Origin: a virus
IMG/VR virus record: IMGVR_UViG_3300032235_000467
DNA length: 64,000 nt
Reading direction: 5' to 3' (one strand)
Of the stretch, positions 56,514 through 64,000 are shown in pieces. The notes beneath the pieces are model-generated. The model did no database searches and was not told the DNA's origin. It saw nothing but the letters and a program-made list of their open reading frames with translations. Position 1 is the first letter of the stretch, and every line of letters starts with the position of its first letter. The position numbers and the translations under genes were made by a program.

Positions 56514-58165
56514 TAAAGACAGAATTTGGAACAGACCTCAAAAAGAAACTCCTAGAGGGAGTAAACAAGATTAATGCAAGCGTATCCTCGACATTGGGGC
56601 CTGCAGGTAGAAATGTAATCATTAGGGGTGCTGATGGTGCTATTAAGATTACAAAAGATGGTGTTACAGTAGCACAATCATTTACCAAGCTTGAAGATCC
56701 TATTGAGGATATCGGAGCTCAAATGATTAAAAGCGTATCAGTAAGATCAGCAGATAAAGCTGGAGATGGTACAACAACTTCTACATTACTTGCATCCGTA
56801 ATGGTGAACGAAGGTATTAAAGCTATCACACAGGGATCTAACGCAGTAGAAGTAAAGAAAGGTATTGATAAAGCTGTATCAGCAGTAGTGGCCGGTTTGA
56901 AGTCTATCTCTAAGGATATCTCCTCAGAAGATCAGATTAAACAAGTAGCAACTATTTCTGCTAACAACGATACTGAGATTGGTACATTAATTGCAACTGC
57001 TTTGGATAAAGTGGGTACTGATGGTGTAGTAGCTATTGAAGAGTCAAAGTCTGGTGAGACTTCTTTAGAAGTGGTAGAAGGTATGATGTTTGACAGAGGT
57101 TTCAAATCTCCATACTTTGTTACAGACAACTCTACAATGCAGGCTATATTTGATAAGCCGTTGATCTTCTTGTATGATGGTAGACTCACTAGCACTGCAC
57201 AGGTGTTGCCATTGTTGCAAGCAGCTCACGCAGAAAGCCTTCCGCTACTTATTGTTGCTGAAGACATTGAACATGAAGCACTGGCTATCTTGGTAGTTAA
57301 TAAAGCAAACGCTACAATTAAAGTATGTGCTGTGAAGGCTCCTGACTTTGGTGATCGTAGGACAGCAATCTTAGAAGACATTGCAATCCTTACTGGCGCT
57401 ACTGTTGTATCTCCTACCAAAGGTAACAAGATTGAGAAGATGAAGCCTGATGAGTTTAAGCCATTGTTCGGTAAAGCTCGTATGGTAAATGTATCATCTA
57501 AAGATACCACTATCATTGATGGTAAAGGATCAGTAGAAGGGATTGAGCAGAGGTTGAATGATATTAAAAAACAAATTGAGATTGCTAAATCTAACTTTGA
57601 AATTGAAAAACTCCAAGAGAGGTTGTCAAAACTTACTGGCGGTGTTGCTATTATCAATGTTGGAGGTATGAGTGAGATCGAGATGAAGGAGAAGAAGGAT
57701 CGCGTAGACGATGCATTACACGCTACTAAAGCTGCCTTAGATCAAGGTATTGTTCCTGGTGGTGGTATGGCATTGATTAACTGTATAGACTTGCTTAAAG
57801 AGGCTGTATTAAATTGTGATAACGATGATCAAGAACTGGGTGTACGTATTGTTACTAAAGCTTTGTATGCACCATTTAAAACCATACTTACCAATGCTGG
57901 TATTGAGAATGCATACGAGATCCTAAGCAATGTAAAGAGAGATGCTAACAGTGAAGAAGATAGCACATGGTACGGATATAATGCCAAGACCGGGGAGATT
58001 CAGAACTTCTTCACAGCAGGTATTTTAGATCCTACTAAAGTAACAAGGACTGCTATTGAGAATGCTGCCAGCGTAGCTGGAACTATCCTCACTACAGAAT
58101 CAGTAGTATATTTTACAGGAGATGAGAAGAAAGATGATATCGATTATAGTCAATTCATGCAATAA
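56510..58165 (+). CDS. groEL: Chaperonin GroEL
   Basis: [63 protein letters not shown]. Confidence 0.96.
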   Translation: MIKTEFGTDLKKKLLEGVNKINASVSSTLGPAGRNVIIRGADGAIKITKDGVTVAQSFTKLEDPIEDIGAQMIKSVSVRSADKAGDGTTTSTLLASVMVNEGIKAITQGSNAVEVKKGIDKAVSAVVAGLKSISKDISSEDQIKQVATISANNDTEIGTLIATALDKVGTDGVVAIEESKSGETSLEVVEGMMFDRGFKSPYFVTDNSTMQAIFDKPLIFLYDGRLTSTAQVLPLLQAAHAESLPLLIVAEDIEHEALAILVVNKANATIKVCAVKAPDFGDRRTAILEDIAILTGATVVSPTKGNKIEKMKPDEFKPLFGKARMVNVSSKDTTIIDGKGSVEGIEQRLNDIKKQIEIAKSNFEIEKLQERLSKLTGGVAIINVGGMSEIEMKEKKDRVDDALHATKAALDQGIVPGGGMALINCIDLLKEAVLNCDNDDQELGVRIVTKALYAPFKTILTNAGIENAYEILSNVKRDANSEEDSTWYGYNAKTGEIQNFFTAGILDPTKVTRTAIENAASVAGTILTTESVVYFTGDEKKDDIDYSQFMQ

Positions 58166-58176
58166 AAATAAATAAT

Positions 58177-58455
58177 ATGCAACAACAAAACCCGTTAGCA
58201 AATGTAAGATTTGATCAGACTACTGGAGTAGTATGTGAAAAATGTGGTAGTAATCTATTCACTGAAGGTTTATACCTTCGTAAGGTTTCTAAATTCCTTG
58301 TAGCTGCTACTAGCGATAAGGATCAAGTTATCCCAGTTCCAACATTCTTCTGCGTGAAGTGTAAGCATGTGAACAAAGAGTTTTCACCGCTAGGAATGGA
58401 TGAAGAAACAAAAGGAGGATATGAAGAAACGGATAATTACAATCCTATTTTCTAA
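58177..58455 (+). CDS. Zinc-ribbon protein
   Basis: CEKCG...CVKCKH. Confidence 0.7.
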   Translation: MQQQNPLANVRFDQTTGVVCEKCGSNLFTEGLYLRKVSKFLVAATSDKDQVIPVPTFFCVKCKHVNKEFSPLGMDEETKGGYEETDNYNPIF

Positions 58456-58466
58456 AAATAAATGTT

Positions 58467-58661
58467 ATGACGTTAGATGAAATAAATGAAGCAGTAGAAC
58501 AATGCAACAAAAAGTTAGACGATTACAATATACAGATAGAAGCTTTGTCCAATAAGGATGATCTAATGTCTGAAGATGTACAGTCACAGTTCGACTACTT
58601 GATAAGAGAGATAGAAAAGACAACAGGAGAGCTAGAAGATTTGATAAAACAAATACAATGA
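58467..58661 (+). CDS. Small acidic coiled-coil protein
   Basis: 64-aa helical ORF overlapping the next start. Confidence 0.55.
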   Translation: MTLDEINEAVEQCNKKLDDYNIQIEALSNKDDLMSEDVQSQFDYLIREIEKTTGELEDLIKQIQ

Positions 58662-59599
58662 AAGAAGCAATCGCTTTATCAGAAAGCTTAGCTCCAAGAA
58701 TCAGAAGAGAAATGGGAGAAGGGCAGAAAAGAATATCCTTCTCCCAATACTCTGTTTATGAGTCGTGCCCCCACCGTTGGTACCTCACCTACGCTCAGGG
58801 ACATTATTTATTCTCAGCAAGTATTAATACTGTTTTTGGTACAGCTATACATGAAGCCATACAAAAGTACTTGGCTATATTATTTAATGAGTCTGTTAAA
58901 GCATCAGATGCTTTTGATATGGTAGAACACTTTGAGAAAGTATTCAGAGATGAATACATTAAAGAAGTTACTAATAACGGAGGCGCACATTTCTCTACAA
59001 AACAAGAGATGGCAGAGTTTTATCAGGATGGAGTAGAGATACTTAACTACTTTAGAAAGAAGAGAGTTGCTTATTTTTCTACAAAGGATATGGAATTACT
59101 TGGTATGGAAATACCTCTACTAACAGAGATCCGTGATATAACAGATACTTTCTTGTTTAATGGGTATATAGATTTAGTTCTTAGAGATAAGACTGACGGT
59201 ACCATTTATATTGAGGATTTCAAAACATCTACTAAAGGCTGGAGAGATTACGAGAAGAAAGATGAGATTAAACAAGCCCAGATTCTTTTGTACAAGAAAT
59301 ACTTTGCAAAACAATTTGCAGTGGATGAATCTAAGATTGTTCCTAGGTTCCGTATATTAAAAAGAAAGTTATATGAAAATGCCGACTTCCCTCAATCCAG
59401 AGTACAAGTGCACGAACCTGCTAACGGAAAAGCCAAAGTACACCAAGCTGGACAACGCCTTATTAACTTCATAAACGAATGTTTTAATGAAGATGGTACT
59501 GCAAGGGAGAAGTATCATACTAAAATATCATCCGGTAACAACTGTAGATTCTGTCCATTTAAAGATAGGCCGGACCTTTGTGATAAAAAAAATATATGA
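58658..59599 (+). CDS. PD-(D/E)xK nuclease, Cas4/RecB-like, probable Fe-S cluster
   Basis: SFSQ...CP..W, FGTAIH, GYIDLV, IEDFKT, Q...Y, C-terminal CRFCPF......C. Confidence 0.85.
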   Translation: MKEAIALSESLAPRIRREMGEGQKRISFSQYSVYESCPHRWYLTYAQGHYLFSASINTVFGTAIHEAIQKYLAILFNESVKASDAFDMVEHFEKVFRDEYIKEVTNNGGAHFSTKQEMAEFYQDGVEILNYFRKKRVAYFSTKDMELLGMEIPLLTEIRDITDTFLFNGYIDLVLRDKTDGTIYIEDFKTSTKGWRDYEKKDEIKQAQILLYKKYFAKQFAVDESKIVPRFRILKRKLYENADFPQSRVQVHEPANGKAKVHQAGQRLINFINECFNEDGTAREKYHTKISSGNNCRFCPFKDRPDLCDKKNI

Positions 59600-59650
59600 T
59601 AGGCTTAATTTTAATGTAATTTTTATATATTTATTATATATAAATACATT

Positions 59651-59845
59651 ATGAAAGATAAATTAAAACTAACAAGTGTTAAAATACACAAAGATCTATC
59701 TGAAAATTTCAAGATAGAAAGCGCAAGAACAGGATTATCATTACAAAAATTTGTAAACAGGACTATTCATTTGTACCTAACTGATCCCGAATTTCAAGTT
59801 AAAATGTTGACTTACAACAACTTAGCAACTAGTGGAAGTCTATAA
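59651..59845 (+). CDS. Small ribbon-helix-helix-like DNA-binding protein
   Basis: LTSVKI strand followed by two helices (SLQKFVNRTIHLY). Confidence 0.55.
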   Translation: MKDKLKLTSVKIHKDLSENFKIESARTGLSLQKFVNRTIHLYLTDPEFQVKMLTYNNLATSGSL

Positions 59846-59861
59846 CAAATAAAAATAAATA

Positions 59862-61301
59862 ATGAAAGCAGGTTATATTAAAAAAGAAGACAGGAAGAAA
59901 ATACTCTTTATAGGAGACGACATTAGGTTTTTCTCAGGTATCGCAACTATCTCCAGGGAATTAGTATTAGGTACAGCTCATTCATTTAACTACGTTTGTA
60001 TAGGCGGAGCTATAGATCATCCGGATAAAAATAAGAGAATGGACTTATCACAGTCTACAAATGAAATTGCCGGTATTCCAGATGCATCAGTTATATTATA
60101 TCCTACTAATGGATATGGAACTCAAGATCTGATAAGGCAGATGATCAATGTAGAAAAGCCTGATCTACTTGTATTCATTACTGATCCTAGATACTACGAG
60201 TGGCTATTCAGAATAGAACAGGAAATTAGGAAGACAATTCCCATGGTATATATAAACATTTGGGATTGTGAACCAGCTCCTTTGTATAACAAGAACTATT
60301 ACAGATCTTGCGACACTCTACTGGCTATTTCCAAACAGACTAAAATACTTAATGAGGTTGTATTAGGAGAATATGCAAAAGACAAAACCATTAAATACTT
60401 CCCACATGGTATTAATGAAAACAATTTCTACCCAATAAGGGAAGGGCACGAACAGTATTCAAAACTACAAGCTTTTAAAAACAATCTACTTAAGGATAAA
60501 GATTTTGAATTTGTTTTACTGTTCAATAGTAGGAACATCAGAAGAAAGTCTATACCAGATACCATATTAGCATTCAGGCATTTCTTAGATCAACTGCCCT
60601 CAGAAAAAGCAGATAAATGTTGTTTAGTGCTACATACTCACAAAGTAGACGATAATGGTACGGATCTTCCAGCAGTTATTGATTTATTGATGGGAGACAA
60701 AGGAGATCAGATAATATTTTCAAATCCTGGAGAAGGAGTTGAGTATATGAATATGTTATACAATTCTTCGGATGCTACAGTATTGTTATCTTCTAACGAA
60801 GGTTGGGGATTATCTCTTACAGAGTCAATGATGTGCGGTAGAATGATTATTGCAAACGTAACTGGAGGTATGCAAGATCAAATGAGGTTTGAAGATGAAA
60901 AAGGCAATTGGATTGAGTTTGATGAATCTTTCTGTACTAACCATCTAGGAAGATACAAGAAGTGTGGAGAGTGGGCTATTCCTGTATTTCCTTGTGGAAT
61001 AAGCATTCAAGGATCTCCTCCAACTCCTTACATATCAGATGACAGAGTAGACTTCAGAGACGCGTCTAAAGCTATTATGGAATTATATAACATGGGTAAA
61101 GAAGAGAGAGATAACAAAGGATTGAAAGCAAGAGAGTGGGTAACTTCTTCTGAATCTATGATGAGTGCTAGCAGCATGTCAAAAAACTTCATTGAAGGTA
61201 TCCAGGAAACTTTAGACAACTGGAAACCTAGAGGCAGATTCCATATTAAAAAAATAGAAGATAGGCCATTGAAAACTATAAAACATTATATATCTTTGTA
61301 A
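59862..61301 (+). CDS. GT4 glycosyltransferase
   Basis: DDIRFFSGIA, PHGI, NSRNIRRK, SSNEGWGLSLTE, NVTGG. Confidence 0.85.
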   Translation: MKAGYIKKEDRKKILFIGDDIRFFSGIATISRELVLGTAHSFNYVCIGGAIDHPDKNKRMDLSQSTNEIAGIPDASVILYPTNGYGTQDLIRQMINVEKPDLLVFITDPRYYEWLFRIEQEIRKTIPMVYINIWDCEPAPLYNKNYYRSCDTLLAISKQTKILNEVVLGEYAKDKTIKYFPHGINENNFYPIREGHEQYSKLQAFKNNLLKDKDFEFVLLFNSRNIRRKSIPDTILAFRHFLDQLPSEKADKCCLVLHTHKVDDNGTDLPAVIDLLMGDKGDQIIFSNPGEGVEYMNMLYNSSDATVLLSSNEGWGLSLTESMMCGRMIIANVTGGMQDQMRFEDEKGNWIEFDESFCTNHLGRYKKCGEWAIPVFPCGISIQGSPPTPYISDDRVDFRDASKAIMELYNMGKEERDNKGLKAREWVTSSESMMSASSMSKNFIEGIQETLDNWKPRGRFHIKKIEDRPLKTIKHYISL

Positions 61302-61310
61302 TCAACTGTT

Positions 61311-62594
61311 ATGAATAAACTTACATGTGTTGTTTCTTGCCCAATAGATATTATTTCCGGTTATGGATCTCGTAGTCGTGATTTTGTAAAAGCTTTGATA
61401 AAAGCCAAAGGAGAAGAGTGGGATATAAAAATCCTCTCTCAGAGATGGGGAGAGTGTCCTTACGGAGCTTTAAGCAGAGATATACCAGAAGATCTAGATT
61501 TGATTAATAGAGTAATGCCACAGATGGACACACAACCTGATATCTGGTTTCAGATTACCGTGGCTAATGAATTTCAACCTGTAGGTAAAGTTAGTATTGG
61601 AGTATCTGCGTTGGTAGAAACTACAATACTTCCGGCTGAGCTACTAGAAGGTTTGAATAGAATGAACTTTAATATAGTATCATCTGAGTTTGTAAAAGAT
61701 GTAGCTAATAAGACCAGCTTTGATAAGATTGATCCAAACACTAGGCAAAAGCAAGAGACTATTAACCTAACCAAACATCTTGAAGTATTATTTGAAGGTG
61801 TGGATACAAACAAGTATAAGAGATTAGAAAAGTCTAACTTTGATCTATCTGAAGTAAAAGAAGAGTTTTGTTTCTTGACTGTAGCACATTGGCTGACTGG
61901 TGATACTGGTGAAGATAGAAAACAACTTACCACTCTTATTAAATCATTCCTTACAGTTTTTAAAGATAAAAAGAAACGTCCAGCTCTTATTCTTAAAACT
62001 AGTTTAGCAGGTTTTAGTATTGTGGAAGAGGAGAAGATACTAGACAGTATAGATATTATTAGAAAAAGTGTTGGTGGAGATATGCCAAACATCTATCTAT
62101 TGTATGGCGAGTTGACTGAGGAAGAAATGAATCACTTGTACAACCATGAAAAAGTAAAAGCTTTTGCTCTGGTAGGCAACGAAGGATTTGGCAGGCCATA
62201 TCTAGAGTTCTCAGCAGCATCTAGCAAACCTATCATAGCATCTCCATTCAGTGGGCATACTGACTTTCTTAACGAAGAATATAACATTTTTGTACAAGGT
62301 AAGGTAGAACAAATACACCCATCAGCAGCTAATCAGTTTTTGATAAAGGAAGCCAGTTGGTTTAAAGCAGATCCTAAATCAGTAGAGGATTCTTTAAAAG
62401 CTGTGTATGAAAACTACAACAAGTATATAGACAATGCAAAGAGACAAGGACACCAATCAAGAACTCAGTTTAGTTTTGATAAAATGGTAGAAAAACTAGC
62501 TGAGATACTTGAGAAGAATGTTCCTAAGTTGAGCGTCCCTCAAATGATAAAACTTCCAAAGCTTAAAACCCGTGGACAGAGGCAAGAAGATTAG
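61311..62594 (+). CDS. GT4 glycosyltransferase
   Basis: SGYG..SRD, DRK, EGFGRPYLEF, SGHTDFL. Confidence 0.85.
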   Translation: MNKLTCVVSCPIDIISGYGSRSRDFVKALIKAKGEEWDIKILSQRWGECPYGALSRDIPEDLDLINRVMPQMDTQPDIWFQITVANEFQPVGKVSIGVSALVETTILPAELLEGLNRMNFNIVSSEFVKDVANKTSFDKIDPNTRQKQETINLTKHLEVLFEGVDTNKYKRLEKSNFDLSEVKEEFCFLTVAHWLTGDTGEDRKQLTTLIKSFLTVFKDKKKRPALILKTSLAGFSIVEEEKILDSIDIIRKSVGGDMPNIYLLYGELTEEEMNHLYNHEKVKAFALVGNEGFGRPYLEFSAASSKPIIASPFSGHTDFLNEEYNIFVQGKVEQIHPSAANQFLIKEASWFKADPKSVEDSLKAVYENYNKYIDNAKRQGHQSRTQFSFDKMVEKLAEILEKNVPKLSVPQMIKLPKLKTRGQRQED

Positions 62595-62621
62595 CTCAAA
62601 AAAATAAAAAACAAAAATAGC

Positions 62622-63110
62622 ATGGATAGCAAAAGTTTTATAAGTTGGCTAAAGGGTTTTACAGAAGCTTGTCCAGAGTTTCACCCAACTCCTAAACAGT
62701 GGGATAGATTAAAGGAAGTGTTGAACGAAGTAGAGGACTATGATGATAATCCTGGAATAGATGTTGAGATTGATGATTGGAAATCAGAACGCGATATATT
62801 TAGAAACCCTTCTCACCCTCCTCCTATGGGTCCTTATACAGCCCCTTATTGGCCATTGGGTACTCCAGGATGGATACAAAATCCAGGAACTACTTCAGGA
62901 ATTACAATAATCTCAGGATCAGGCTATATAACAACCTCAGGATCAGGCAACACGTTCACAACCACTGATGGAACCACTTCAACAACGGTATGGAACGATA
63001 AGATGGGATGTTGGCATTACACTAACTATCCTGAAGGATTTGGATACTATACCAATACCACACTGCATAAAACAACTCCAGAAGAAACAAAAAAACAATT
63101 ATTAGATTAA
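62622..63110 (+). CDS. Hypothetical protein
   Basis: F..WL.GF.E...PT..QW N-domain followed by a low-complexity Pro/Thr tail. Confidence 0.6.
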   Translation: MDSKSFISWLKGFTEACPEFHPTPKQWDRLKEVLNEVEDYDDNPGIDVEIDDWKSERDIFRNPSHPPPMGPYTAPYWPLGTPGWIQNPGTTSGITIISGSGYITTSGSGNTFTTTDGTTSTTVWNDKMGCWHYTNYPEGFGYYTNTTLHKTTPEETKKQLLD

Positions 63111-63111
63111 T

Positions 63112-63555
63112 ATGCAAGATCAATTAACAACCTGCCGAAAATGTAAGAGTCCATTATGTTATGAACGCCATAATGATGGAGTAGTAAGCTGGGACTGTTT
63201 ACAATGTGGATTCACTACAAATACTTTATTACTTCAAAACACAGAAACTGTAGTGTCTTATGAGTCTATGATTCCAAACTTGTTTAGAGACATTAAGTAT
63301 TTAGATGAGGATGGATTTGTATGGTACCCGACAACTATAACTAAAGAGGGGGTAGGTATTGTATTTGCGGACGGTACGTCTAAAGATAGTTGGAAGTGGG
63401 CATTTGCTCCTCATGTGCCAGTAACTGAGGAAGAGAAGGAGAGGTTCAAGAAAGCAGATGGAACTTACCACCAGTACAAGACAGACATGAAACATGTTCT
63501 TCATTTTGATCAAGAATATTTCTCAAGAGCTTTAGAGGCCGCAGGATTAATTTAA
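63112..63555 (+). CDS. Zinc-ribbon-containing hypothetical protein
   Basis: CRKC...C...CLQCGF. Confidence 0.65.
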   Translation: MQDQLTTCRKCKSPLCYERHNDGVVSWDCLQCGFTTNTLLLQNTETVVSYESMIPNLFRDIKYLDEDGFVWYPTTITKEGVGIVFADGTSKDSWKWAFAPHVPVTEEEKERFKKADGTYHQYKTDMKHVLHFDQEYFSRALEAAGLI

Positions 63556-63559
63556 TATC

Positions 63560-64000
63560 ATGGTACCTATATCATATTGCATAACGACTCATAATGAAGG
63601 AGAAGCTTATATAAGACCCCTCCTAGAAAGATTGTTAAAGCATCTACAACCGGAAGATGAGATTGTAGTAGTAGATGATTTCTCTACAGACGAGTCTACA
63701 GTGGCCGTATTAGAGGAGTATAGAGATAAAGTTAATTTGTATTTCAATTCATTAGATAATAATTTTGCAGCACATAAAAACTTTGCTAAATCTAAATGTA
63801 CAAAGGATTACATATTCTTTATAGATGCTGATGAAAATTTACATGAGAATCTATTGATAACTCTAAAAGAAATTTTACTTAATAACCTGAACGTAGATCT
63901 ATTCTTAGTGCCAAGGATAAACGTAGTGCCAGGGCTTACCCAAAATCATATCCAGAAGTGGGGATGGCAGGTTAATGATAAAGGATACATCAATTATCCA
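63560..64000 (+). CDS. GT2 glycosyltransferase (3'-truncated; not in ORF track)
   Basis: ATG 63560 reads MVPISYCITTHNEG...EIVVVDDFSTD...FAAHKN...YIFFIDADE...VPRIN; open to the window end. Confidence 0.88.
   Translation, partial: MVPISYCITTHNEGEAYIRPLLERLLKHLQPEDEIVVVDDFSTDESTVAVLEEYRDKVNLYFNSLDNNFAAHKNFAKSKCTKDYIFFIDADENLHENLLITLKEILLNNLNVDLFLVPRINVVPGLTQNHIQKWGWQVNDKGYINYP

Noticed and set aside
58658-59599. Cas4-like nuclease as part of a CRISPR-Cas system
   Set aside because: No array or other cas genes in the window; solo Cas4-like nucleases are common in phage replication modules.
5075-63513. Other short minus-strand ORFs in the track
   Set aside because: Nearly all lie antisense to well-supported + strand genes (a few only span short intergenic gaps) and show no recognisable motifs.
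1-64000. Stop-codon reassignment, tRNA genes, introns or inteins
   Set aside because: TAA and TAG end genes at sensible positions and no genes appear broken by in-frame stops; intergenic gaps are short with no cloverleaf seen; nrdJ, polA and helicase have normal lengths. Checked by eye only.

Overview
A 64-kb segment of a large, AT-rich dsDNA tailed phage with a contractile tail (myovirus). All credible genes are on the + strand and use the standard code. Host is most likely Bacteroidota: TTTG-N19-TAnnTTTG promoters are present and leaders are A-rich without Shine-Dalgarno sites. Gene order: (1) end of a tail fibre with a Peptidase_S74 chaperone; (2) a glycosylation cassette (GT4 plus two FkbM domains, a GT-A enzyme, and GT4 fused to an Aah/TibC-type autotransporter O-heptosyltransferase); (3) giant fibre genes with about 570 proline-free (S/T)-(S/T)-Gly triplets in blocks separated by an invariant 108-aa module, plus accessory fibre genes; (4) tail sheath, tube, chaperone, tape measure and baseplate; (5) replication genes (divergent PolA-like protein, SSB, UvsX, 5'-3' exonuclease, DnaB/gp41 helicase, class II RNR, MazG, PolA), GroES/GroEL and a Cas4-like nuclease; (6) a second glycosyltransferase cluster. 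The best candidate for an undescribed system is phage-encoded protein O-glycosylation of Ser/Thr collagen-like virion fibres. Also notable: two candidate programmed frameshifts, a TATTTATA late-promoter motif, a triple-hairpin leader, and a second PolA-like protein with an altered steric gate. Family calls come from motif recognition by eye; no searches were run.
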